Below, one piece after another: positions 1-13,890 of a stretch of 63,429 nucleotides of DNA. The notes under the pieces are model-generated. The model did not search any database and had not been told where the DNA came from. It was given only the letters and a program-made list of their open reading frames with translations. The stretch comes from Atractiella rhizophila. Its lineage: Eukaryota. The translations under genes and the position numbers were made by a program. Numbering within the stretch: the stretch's first letter is position 1; each line of letters starts with the position of its first letter. Location: positions 1 to 63,429 of the forward strand of contig MU271416.1 of assembly GCA_021432655.1 (NCBI GenBank). Reading direction: 5' to 3'.

Positions 1-2058
<2,058 letters not shown>

Positions 2059-2262
2059 CATGTTATTCTTGTGCAGAATGACCTGATTCCCTATATTGTA
2101 TGAAAAGTGCGTTGAACAGTCAACATGAAGTAAGAAATGGAAGTCAACTGCCACCGCAACTTTAATTGAACAAGGAAAGCATAATGGATTGCAGGAGCAG
2201 AATAAAGCGATAGTCCACGAATACCCAACGAACATACACGAGCCAATTAATAGTGAGTCCAT

Positions 2263-3707
2263 TCATACCACCTTTCGCTTCGCCAAACCAGTCATTCCCA
2301 TTCCTACCATCCCCATGGCATGATCTGAGATGGTATTGCCATCTCCATTAAGACGGAATGGCTCTTCATCCGCCGACGATCTCGTTGAACTGGTAGCTGA
2401 GCTAGACGATTCAGTAGGGCTCGTTGTCGCCCTTTGAACCTTCTTCACCGGACTTTTACGTGGCAGACCTCCACTTGATCCAGGGCGTTGAGGCGGTGAG
2501 TCGTAGCCCTGTCGCCGTGTAAAGGACGAGAGGGACGATTTCGGAGACAGGGAATTGATGTTGTTGGGAAAGGCGAGGGGAGATGAAGGGCGGATGTTGG
2601 GAGAGGGAGGACAGTCGAAGTAGCTTCGAGTACGATCATCCAGCATCTGTAAGCTCGGCGACGGGGACAGCATTCCTCCCCATTGTTGATTCCCTTCGTT
2701 CCAATGCGGCGCCGGACTCGAAGGTCGACTTCGTGGCAAAAGTGCTGGAGATGCTATTAATCCATCGAGTTCTCGATGCGACGTCCGTGCCTTGCGTAGA
2801 TTGGGCAATGGGATTGCGGACACAATAGCTCTGAAGATGGAGCCGCCTCCTGTTGACTGGCTGGCTTGAATCGCCGAGAGGTTGAGATTTGGCGGGCGAG
2901 ATTTCGTAGGGTATTGCTCCTGGTTTGGGGCGGTGGCAATGATCTTTGGTCCATATGCAGGATCGTTTAGGTCCACTGAGGTCCTCGTTGGTTCACAAGC
3001 CCAAAGACATATTACCAGAAAGAGACTCACCATTAGACGGTAAGACATTGTCATTCGCGCTCAAACTCAGGAATAAGTAAAATGGCACAAGCCAAACGCA
3101 GACCCCAAAGAAGGTCGCAATCTCCATGATTCCAGGTGGACCCTGCCCAAACCCAAATCCCGAGTTCCTCGCCGCTTTCCTGTCCTCCCAAGATGGCCTA
3201 TAAGGCACTCTCTGGCTCGGATTTCTCCATGCTGCCGGATTCTTGGACTGTTCAGCGAAGAAGAAGAAGTATGCGAAGTGGTCTAATATGACGAGCACGA
3301 TTGAGAGGATAAATTTTGGCGAGGTGAGGGAGATGAATGGCCAGTTGGACGAGAAGTTGGAGAGGTAGACTATGTGGCATATTATGCCTAGGAGAGTGAG
3401 AGAAACGGGGATTCCGTCGAAAACGCAGAGCAGGATCTGCAAGGAGATGATGCCCTGAACAGCAGACAAGCATTCAACAATGGACTTTGCGTGCAGATTA
3501 ACACCCACATATATCAACCGCTTCCCTATTGTCTTTGCTAAGCTTGAGTTCTCCTCTGCATGTATTTCTTTAGTAGGCCTCACAGTCATGGACAGGTGGC
3601 GTACCGATTGCCTCAGCGATGTAGAGGAGGCCACTGGCGAGTGAAAGAGTGACGAATAAGAATGCTACTAGAGCAGCGAAATACGAAGTGAGGTGAAGCA
3701 AAAACAT
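2263..3707 (-). CDS. SVP26: Svp26/Erv26 (TEX261-like) ER-Golgi cargo adaptor with a long Ser/Pro-rich C-terminal tail
   Basis: Spliced N-terminus MFLLHLTSYFAALVAFLFVTLSLASGLLYIAEAIEENSSLAKTIGKR; WPFISLTSPKF; FFGVCVWLVPFYLFLSLSANDNVLP. Confidence 0.85.
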
Positions 3708-3838
3708 TACACGAAAGAAATTTCAAGAGTGACACCCTCAGACCAAAGGACTTCGTCGATTGGTTTGTTCTTCCACAAGTTCAAAGGACTATTGTTACAC
3801 GTGACTGATATTGGCAAATGCATGACACGCCTAGTTGG

Positions 3839-5167
3839 TTACCTCCCTGACGCTCTGAACCACTTAATGACCCCATCTTCGCCACAACTGACCCACTTGC
3901 CACCTCCTCCCGGTGCCATTCCATCAAGCATTCCCGATGCTTCTTCCGGTTTCCAACTCATGGACCAGACGTCTCCAGAATGCTGCCTTGGGTACACTGC
4001 CAACGGCGACGGATTCAAGTTGGAAAGGTCAAAGAGAGCGAGTGACCTAGTACGACTCTCAATTACGACACACTGTGAAAAAAGAACGAACGAACCCGTC
4101 AGAACCTCCGGCGCAAAGAAGTTTTCCATCGCTTTTGATGGCCATACTCGTAACCCACAAGCTGACCTTCGCGGCAGCTGGTCCAAAGCCAAATTGGGCG
4201 ATATGTCCTCCTCCTCCCTTTCTGGACTGTGAATGGGAAGTGCGGATATCGAAGACATTGATCTTCCCATCGTCACCGCCCGAAATCAGAAAATTGGAGA
4301 CGGTGGCCGGAGAGAAGGCGAGGGAGCGGATTGCGTTTGTATGAGCTATTCACTGACGCGATTAGTTATGCATTTGGTGACGAACAAGAGCCGCACCCGG
4401 AAATGTATCTATTACAGCGCAAGTCTCCGCGTTTAGGATCGATATTTGGCCAGCCTCACTGCCCATGCTGAACATGGAGCCGTCACGATTCTGTTTACGG
4501 ATCATTACAACAGAAAAAATAATTATTGGATAACGAACCCATGAAAGTGACATGCCAAAATCGCCTCGACCTTTCGAGCTACCCAATTCTTCTGCAAAGG
4601 CTCCTCCAGTCGCATTTAGCAGCTTTACATTCCCCTGCCTCCCAGTCGTTGCAAATACGCTAGATTTAGGGCTGAGAGCAATTGTGAATATGTCGGCTGC
4701 AACATTCTCACATCAGCGCGTCGTTTCTGGACATGGATAACACTGACCAGCATTGGCAGCTTTCTTCCCGACAAGCTTCGCTCCTCCATCTCCTAGATCC
4801 CAGCGGCACACCGTCGAATCGAGAGAACAGGTAAGCACGTAATCTTCTCTAGAGTCTAACGCGTTGACACCCAAGCTTGAGGGATTCTCGAAGGTGGCCT
4901 GCGGTTGATCGGGTTTCTGAGGATCCCTAAACCATTTCAGATAAGTAAGAGACGGCTGCTAAAGCAAAATTGTACCATATCGATACTTTGCGATCCACTC
5001 CAGAAGTTATAACCAGGGATCCTGACGGCGTGAAGGAAGAATCAATCCATTTACAACACCAGATTGGACCCGATGATGTTGACGCGAACTCCGCTAGATA
5101 CTGTGAAGTCTGCACCACTAGGAAGCATGGGGTAATCCCCTCTTGTGAAAACAATACAACTAACCAT
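3839..5167 (-). CDS. SKI8: WD40 protein Ski8/Rec14/WDR61
   Basis: ATG followed directly by a GTTAGT intron; YLAEF..GPIWCCKWID, ITSGVDRKVSIW, QHSGDVWSMSW, WVSCGEDGVIKWF WD repeats of Ski8 size and layout. Confidence 0.7.
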
Positions 5168-5300
5168 ACTACTGTATAACACCGCAATACTTTCTGCTCT
5201 GCAAGCTTTTGGACAATCAATATTAATCAACACTTTCTGTTGATCGCGACGAACAAATAGGAACAAACGACCACCTCCTGTGAACTCGCAAGACATCATC

Positions 5301-6107
5301 ATGAGCGGCTTAGAAAGTGGGTTTTCTGATTGCCTCTCGCAAGACGCTGATATTAGGGAGCAGAATCTCTTTTCCAGCTGAAAGTGGGTCTTCCTCTGTT
5401 ACAAGAGTGATGCTTATCCCGTTTGCCAGTTCACGACGAAGCAACTGCAGAAGCAATCTGCAAAAGCAACTAAGGACGAGGGACTTCAGAAGCAAAAGCT
5501 CAAGAAAGCTCTCCAGAATAATGACACTGATTCTGCAAGAATCTATGCAAGCAATGCTATTCGAAAGAAGAATGAAGCTCTCAATCTACTGCGGCTAGCA
5601 AGCAAGTACGTACTCTCACTGGACATGGAAAGTTAGGGGTTGATGGGCATGAGAAGGATTGAAGGTGTAACGGGTCGGGTGGAGACTGCTGTCACGATGC
5701 GCTCCGTGACGAAGAACATGAGCCAAGTTGTGCGGAGCATGGACCAGGCCATGGAGACGATGAATTTGGAGAAGGTGGTTGCTTCTCGTCCTCCTCGGTG
5801 ATACTTCTGACGCTCAGCGTAGATTACGGCCGTAATGGATAAGTTTGAGGCCCAATTCTCGGATCTGGACGTCCAGACAAACCAGATGGAGGCATCCATT
5901 GGTGACTCGCTCGCCACCACGACACCTCAAGACCAAGTCGATCTACTTATGCAGCAAGTTGCGGAAGAAGCAGGACTGGAAGTCAAGCACGGCTTGGAGG
6001 AGAGCATGGTTCCCGACAGTCTTGAATCTGCGAAGGCTAAAGAGAAGAATGGCGAAGAGGACGACTTGCTTGCATCCAGGTTGAGGGCTTTGAGACCAGC
6101 CACCTAA
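5301..6107 (+). CDS. DID2: ESCRT-III subunit Did2/Vps46/CHMP1
   Basis: Spliced [65 protein letters not shown] (C-terminal MIM motif). Confidence 0.9.
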
Positions 6108-6183
6108 GTGTGTTTAGTTTCTGTATCCTCAAGGTGGCTGAATTACAGTATGTGTGCTTGTATTTTCAAGGTGTGTTGTAATG

Positions 6184-7992
6184 TCAGGGATCTATTTGAA
6201 AGTTGAATGTGAAAGGTGCCGCATCTTCTTCTACATCTTTCCCTTGTTTTGGCGCAAGCTTCATCACCTTGGTTTGTCGAACATCATTGCCCTGCTCCAG
6301 CACCTTCAGCTGCTCCAAGCCAAGTTTGAGAACTTCTGGCTTGTTGTCAGACAATTTGTCAACAAAGCGTTGGTATAACCCTGAGAGATCGCCTTCTGGG
6401 CAACGAAACCCTGAAATTTGAGATGAGCGATGTTTGAGAAAGTATAATACTTTGCCAAGCTCGTTCGGGCCAACGAAATTTTGCGTAATCTGACCAGAAT
6501 CATTAACATTGACTGCCTTAATGAGTCTGGCACTTACCGCTATGGAGGGTTCAAGGTTTATGACGAAATGCCACCATGCTGATGGGACGTAGAATGTTTC
6601 TCCTGCTCGGTATTAAGCCATTGACACAATTGCTCGAGGATTGACAGACGAACCAGATCTGCAGATGCCTTCCAACATCTTCCCTCGCTTGTTAGGATCC
6701 TTCGCTTTTGGACCATACTCGTTGGCGGCAATTTGATAGTAGTTAATAAGCCACTCTGAACAATTGTGTCACCTATTTCTAGTTATGTACAATGCAAGAC
6801 TCACCTGCGTTGGAAAAGGGACAAGAAACCTCCGCCATGTCATCAGAGATCCTGACACCTGGAGGTGTGACGTCGGGGGGGAACATGATCCACCATTTAC
6901 TACCAGTGATGACTGCGTTCTACAGGTACCATTAACAAATGCCATTAGATCAATAATCATAAAGATACCCAAGCACTGGTGTGGTTAGGATCCTGGTGGA
7001 AACTTGATCCGGAACGTTCGGGTCCAATAATAAGCCATCGATAATCCGGTCGGTCAGCCCCAAAAACTTGGAACAGATCTTCGCTAAAAACCTTTGGACA
7101 TTCCCATCCACGCTCAAGACCGGCTTCTTGCATCCTCGCGACGAACTCACTATCGAATAGATAAAGTGGGCTTTCTTCCAACGGACAGGAGTCATGATAC
7201 GCCTGGTACTCCGCTAATGTAACCCTGACCGCTTCAGCCTGGAATTTTTCATTGGGGAGACTTTTCGAGAGAGATGGAAGTGTCCAATTTCTAGCGGACC
7301 AGTCCTTTGTGAGGTTAGTAAAGATGAGAGGCTTGGAGGGAGGTAACTGAAAATCTGGCGCCCACTCAACGCGCTCCACGATCCCTTTGCCAGCATTGAG
7401 CGAGAGTCGTTTGGTGTTCACCAGTGACTTCGCATCAAATGAAGCTGAGTGGTAAGGAGCGAAGAGGACATCTGAGAAGAAGTTTCGTATTTGAACTGTT
7501 TCTGTTGGAACTTCGATCGTCGGACGCTCTCCTGGTGGAATACGGTTGGCCCGAAAATGTAAAAGGTAAGAATTGCGGAAGGAATGTCGCCAAAATGGCA
7601 AGGCACCTCCCGTTTTCTGCAGGAAAAGGTTCTTCCACAAGCCTTCGTTACGACAGAATACAAAAAATGACTTTGATGTCCGCTGAATCGTGAAGAGATC
7701 TTCTCCAGAGAGGACGTCGTTCCCGAAAATGTATGAAAGTAGCACTTCGTCCTAAACCTTCGTCATCCAGACGTGATTCATACTCTTCCGGTTGAGAACA
7801 CACCGGAAGAGATCCCAGAATTCCTAAACCAGGTTCTCGGCAGTTCTCCGCTTTGATACTTGAAAAGAGCAAATTTCCTAGAGGTTTGACCGGTAAATTG
7901 GTGGAGCTCAGTTTCCGTTTTTTATTCGAACTGTATTCGGAGCGATCATTCACTTGAGATGTCGTGCGCTTCTGAGATTTGACTCTCGACAT
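6184..7992 (-). CDS. F-box plus JmjC domain protein (JMJD6-like family)
   Basis: VKPLGN, F-box-like segment, ESPLYLFD, RPDYRWLIIGPERSGSSFHQDPNHTSAW (HxD iron ligand), YVPSAWWH, C-terminal FTFNF. Confidence 0.85.
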
Positions 7993-8405
7993 TCTACTCG
8001 ATATTTGGGTGCAAATAGGTAGAGTTGAGCAGATGACGAACTGAAGATGTGAAACAATACACTGCTTATCGCAACTGCAACTTGAAGGAATAATACAGCA
8101 GGATGTTGAGTAGTTGATCCACTTCAAGCAGGATTCAAGTAAAATATTTACTCAAAGTGTGAAAGGGATCAAACATGGAGTTGCCATTCAGATTATCGTT
8201 CACTTGAAGCCAGACAAAACTAGAGAATAACCACCGAGAGGAATGCGTGGGCCTTGGATCTCCATTCACCACATTGGGTCAAAGCAATGCTGAGAAGAAT
8301 CTAGCTCAGGATCTGCTGTTCCTTTTGCACCTTCGTCACTGTGTAGTTCGGAGCGGATCAAGATTCGACATTATTGGCAGCAAACCTGCCTCAGGGCATG
8401 CGATT

Positions 8406-9617
8406 ATGAGTTTCAACACTTCAACATCTTTTCTGAAGTTGAATGATGGGCATTCCATGCCGGTGATTGGTCTCGGAGTATTCGAAAATCCAAACTGCGA
8501 GGAGGCATGCATCGAAGCATTTCAGTGCGGCTACAGGTGCATTCCCTCCACTACGCTGTGAAGTCCTCCCATGTTCTCTTCAGCAGGCACATTGATACGG
8601 CTCAGGAAAGTACTCATCCCAGTAGCTCGTGTATCGACTCACTGATGCCAACGAACGATAGATCTACAAGAACGAGACGGCTGTGGGAAACGCGATTCGA
8701 AAATGTTCGCTAGCAAGGGATGAAGTTTTCATCAGTTTGTTGACTGCCACCGTCACATAGGATGCTTGCTCACGGGACTGCAGCAACGAAGCTAAAGACG
8801 AAGTTCTATGCCAAACGGCCCTCCGGGAAGAAACCTCACAGCTATGAAAAGACACTACTTGGGGTCAAGGAGTCTCTTGCAAACTTGGGGGTTGGTAAGG
8901 AAGAACATCACGCTATTCCCAATCTCATTTGTCGTAGACTATATTGACTTGTTCTTGATTCACTCCCCTCATGGAGGAAAGGATGCCCGACTAAAGACGT
9001 GGGAAGGCTTGGAAATATGTAGGAAAGAGGGGAAAATCAAGAGCATAGGCGTTTCCAACTAGTATGACGACGCTCCATCCATTCGCTTACTGATCTAGAA
9101 TGTACAGTGGAGTCCACCATCTTCGAGAAATCGAGATGAACTACCCGGAGACAAAAATATGTGTCAATCAGATTGAATTGAGCCCATTCTGTCAGGTAAG
9201 GAGATTAATTCTAGAATTTTAGCTACCGCCAACAAAGCAAACAGCAAAAGGACATAGTTCAATATTGTCGAAAACATGAAATCGTTGTATCCGCATATTC
9301 ACCCTTAATTCGTGGCCAAAACCACGACCATCCTATTTTGACGGACATAGCAAAGAGGGTAAGCGCTGCTGCTCTGTTCTCGCCGTGTAGGATGTTGAAT
9401 TAACTATTAGAACAATGCAACGGTAGCTCAGGTCCTCATTCGATGGTCGTTGCAAAAGGGATACAATCCTCTCCCGAAATCCGCAACTCCATCACGCATT
9501 AAGGAGAACTTCGACGTCTTTAACTTCACTTTATCCGAGGAAGACATGAAAACGTTGGACACGTTGGATCTGGGGAAAGAAGGGGCGGTAACGTGGAATC
9601 CTGTTGATATTGACTAA
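8406..9617 (+). CDS. Aldo/keto reductase
   Basis: [66 protein letters not shown] across about 8 exons. Confidence 0.9.
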
Positions 9618-9630
9618 GTCTTAATTCCAC

Positions 9631-10585
<955 letters not shown>

Positions 10586-10628
10586 TTTGTCCAGGACGGT
10601 GCAGATGAGTTTGGGATGCCACAACGAA

Positions 10629-10819
10629 GGTTTCCTACGGAGCCGAAGCGGTCGGCTTGATCTTTAACTACTTGTTGGCACTTTCGACTTCAACTCGACC
10701 TACCATTGTCGGAATCAATCAACAAGCGGTAAGGGCATAGAGCGCTGGTTCTAGACTACTAAGCTGCTGAACAGCTCAGTGGGAGAATCGAGCCAACCGC
10801 GTCGGCTCCGTAGGAAGCC
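10629..10819. mobile_element. MITE-like element, about 190 bp with about 30-bp imperfect terminal inverted repeats
   Basis: ttcctacggagccgaagcggtcggcttgat (10632-10661) is the reverse complement of atcgagccaaccgcgtcggctccgtaggaa (10787-10816) with 3 mismatches; non-coding interior. Confidence 0.5.
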
Positions 10820-10821
10820 AA

Positions 10822-12370
10822 CCTGTATATGCCACCTTATCACGAACGGAGAACCTGTGTCTGGTCTAGTGTAAGAGAGTCAACAGTTTCATGAACAAAG
10901 AAGTCGTCACTTCGATATCGCGGTGTAGGGTGAGTGCAATTCTGAGGGAGATTAGGATAGACCATTCGGTTTTCTCTGACCAGTCAACATTTTCCTTGAT
11001 TTTTGTGCAGGAAATGGTGCAGAGGTGGGATCAATGTATATCCCCAACTGCTGTTGAACTTTTCCATCGAATACTTGAGATGAGGAGGCCTAATTTTTCA
11101 TTCCTGAGGTTATCTTTCTTCAATTACGCTGGTGGGGTGGTTTCCCAGGCAGGCTCCATACATATTCCTAAGAGGAATATCAGTGCTACCTGTGACAGGG
11201 CCGATTTGAAGAGCTGAACTGCAAAGCAGCTTGGTTGGGGAGCGAGATCTCTACGTTGTTGATTGGTCCGCAAGGGCAACCATAGACGCTTGATCTATGA
11301 TGAATCTGCATGCGTAACTCACCGAGGGAGTCTGAGAGCCTGATGTTAGATGTTAGAACAATCTAACCTCACATCTTGCCTTCTTCAAATCCGTCACAAT
11401 AAACACTACCAACATCAATAGTGTACTTCAACGACGCGACCCAATCCATTGCTTTGCCTTCGTGTCTACCCATCATCCTAGCAAGATCTTTAAGGTCCCC
11501 GAGAACATCAAGAAAGCGGATCGCAAGGGATTGCGGATCTTTTGCATCGACAATGGAGGAATCCGTTCCTTTTCCGCTCCATACATGTTATGCTGGAACA
11601 GATCGTGCTTTCAAGCTGCACACAACTTCTCAACATGCCGGAAGGCGAGGACCTCCGTCCTTGCGATATATTTGACCTCATTTGTGGAACTTCTACTGGC
11701 GGATGGATCGCGCTCATGCTTGGAAGGCGAAATGACCTTTCGCCAATGCATTGCAGCATATGAACAGATTACACAGAAAGTCTTTGTAGAAAACGACTCC
11801 ATCTCCAGTGGCGAATACGCTTACTCGGTGGAAAAGCTTGAAGAAATTTCATTGCTATCATCCAGCGGCATACAAACTCTTCTCACGATTCTGCTAAATC
11901 ACTATCTGTGAAAGATGATTCTGTGCAAGACAGATGCAAAAATGTTGTCTTTTCTACCAACGAGGCCAATGTCGCCGTTTCCACGGAGATGCACTCCTAC
12001 GATGCAGCATCCTCGCCAGTATTCCCTGCTTCCACTCATAAGGTTTGGGAAGGTGCAAGAGCGACAGCTGCCTATCCTCCCTTCTTTCCTCCAATCAACA
12101 TGGATTCCACTGGTTACGTTAACGTAGCTCGAGACAATCCTACAGCGATACCTGTTGAAGAAGTGAAGGGAATTTGGGGATCCAATATTGAGATCGCCTG
12201 TCTTGTATCCCTCGGTTCTGGCATTATGCCGGCCATCAAGTTGGGCCACACTCGAGATGATGTTGAGCGAGCATTGGAGCGATAGTCATAGATTGCTCAA
12301 GGGTTTCGAACGAGGTGACCGTGATGATGCAAGATCGGAGGGCGGGGCATTGTCACCATCGTTTCTCGGT
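10822..12370 (+). repeat. Inverted, diverged segmental copy of about 57170-58737 (NLR promoter plus patatin-coding region)
   Basis: Colinear matches, e.g. aacaaagaagtcgtcacttcgatatcgcggtgt (about 10894) vs the reverse complement of about 58621-58653, continuing to accatcgtttctcggt at 12370. Confidence 0.9.
11462..12370 (+). pseudogene. Patatin-like phospholipase pseudogene (5' fragment of the NLR gene)
   Basis: Same peptides as 53639-58081 (IDNGGIRSFSAPYML, DIFDLICGTSTGGWIALMLGR, ACLVSLGSG) but ATG changed to GTG, several frameshifts and a stop at 12283; no NTPase or TPR part. Confidence 0.9.
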
Positions 12371-12682
12371 GTGAACCAGAACAGGATAGAGGTCCCGGTC
12401 AGAGAGCAGATGTGCATGCACAAACAAGCGGTACCTTCTCGTTCCCTGCATACGAGTTGTTGACTGTATGGGTAGTGTTTCGATTTGAAGAGCCTCTACA
12501 ACCTGACCAAGGACATTGGATCGTGGAATTGTCCTGTTTGTGCAAAACATGCGGGTCCATTCGATCTTGAACGCGACCCTGTGGTGCAAGGGCTGATCAG
12601 AGAGAATCCAAGGAGTAACGAGATCAACGTGCCGTGGAAGGAGGCAGATCCTAAGACAGTGGTGAAAGAAGAAGAGAACTGA
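12371..12682 (+). pseudogene. Orphan 3' fragment of an SP-RING (zf-MIZ/Nse2/Siz-like) gene
   Basis: NRIEVPVREQMCMHKQ-[intron ending tag at 12476]-CFDLKSLYNLTKDIGSWNCPVCAK matches the SP-RING pattern RIxxPxRxxxCxHxQCFD..WxCPVC; the first Cys and the 5' part are missing. Confidence 0.7.
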
Positions 12683-12878
12683 GCCAATTTTGCAGCTATG
12701 GCGCTGCTAACTTTCTATGCATGTATGGAGATTCTCTTGAGCGAGGAGCTGAACATTGAACTTATTCACAACATATTTCCCCAATTTCTTCCAGAGCCTT
12801 TACTCGGTGCATCACTTTCCCCCTCATCTCTTCAATACACCACTCCAACTCTCGAGCCCTTTTCTTTTGCCATTCCCC

Positions 12879-13334
12879 CTATGTCTCTCTGTTCAGTAAC
12901 TCACCCGTAATACGAAAAGAACAATGCACAGTCATTCCAGGCGGTAGTTCCCATCTCAACCTTTTGATTTCCTCTTCCATAAGCTTGATCGCCGTAATAC
13001 AGTGCCTCATGCTTTGTTTCAGATGATAGACGAGCCGATGAGTCTCCTCAGCTTTCTGGTTGGGATGTTCACATGCGGTGGCATCGCGACGCTTTCCATC
13101 GATATCGTGCCTCCACAGCCTCTTGAATGCTTTGGAGAATACTCGATGCATGCTGATTTCCAGCTCGCCATCTTCAACAGAAGGCAAGCGCAAGCTGCTG
13201 AAGGCCGGTTCGCTGTTCCGACGACGGCGAGGCTGAGTAGGAGCGCAGGTACAATGATGTCTGCAGCAAGAGGTAGGCAGAGGGTAGGAGTCTTTGTAAG
13301 TGAAAGATATGGTCCGGGCGGCGAGTTTAGGCAT
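12879..13334 (-). CDS. Hypothetical protein, 151 aa, Cys/His patch and C-terminal coiled coil
   Basis: ATG-initiated ORF in otherwise unassigned space; no recognised family. Confidence 0.35.
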   Translation of the reverse strand: MPKLAARTISFTYKDSYPLPTSCCRHHCTCAPTQPRRRRNSEPAFSSLRLPSVEDGELEISMHRVFSKAFKRLWRHDIDGKRRDATACEHPNQKAEETHRLVYHLKQSMRHCITAIKLMEEEIKRLRWELPPGMTVHCSFRITGELLNRET

Positions 13335-13890
13335 GATGCTATATGCAAGACATAATACTCAATCAGCCGCTGAATTTAGGAGAGAATGTGGCCAACATAC
13401 CAACAGACGCAGCGTTCCTTTTCGTTCACTCTGTCAACAAGATTATTTTGGAGTTCGGTACAGCCTGTATTTATTGAATTATCTTTGGTGTAAAAGTCAG
13501 TGCGTTCACACGCATTGAAGCGGGAATGGATGCATGGGAAAGGGGCATCAAACGGCCAGTTCTAATCAACATTTTTATCAGGATTAATTCTTCTCATTTA
13601 GTTTTGTTCATGCATTTATGAATTGCCAATTCGCAATTTATTTCCTGATTGAAATGACTGTCCTGAACCGTATAGGATGTTGGTTTGCCTTCTTGAGAAT
13701 CGGGAAGGGTTGCAACATCAGAACAGCTCAGATTTCACTCAAGTTTCACTCAAACTTTTGTTCACTCGATTGTCACAAGAAAAATTGGCCGTCAGTCTCA
13801 CTTCTCACTTGGTTGACCAGCAAGCATCAAGGGTAGCTAGGAGGAAAGAGCTCTGAACGAGACTCTGAAAGAACGAGCGAGATTCTACAA

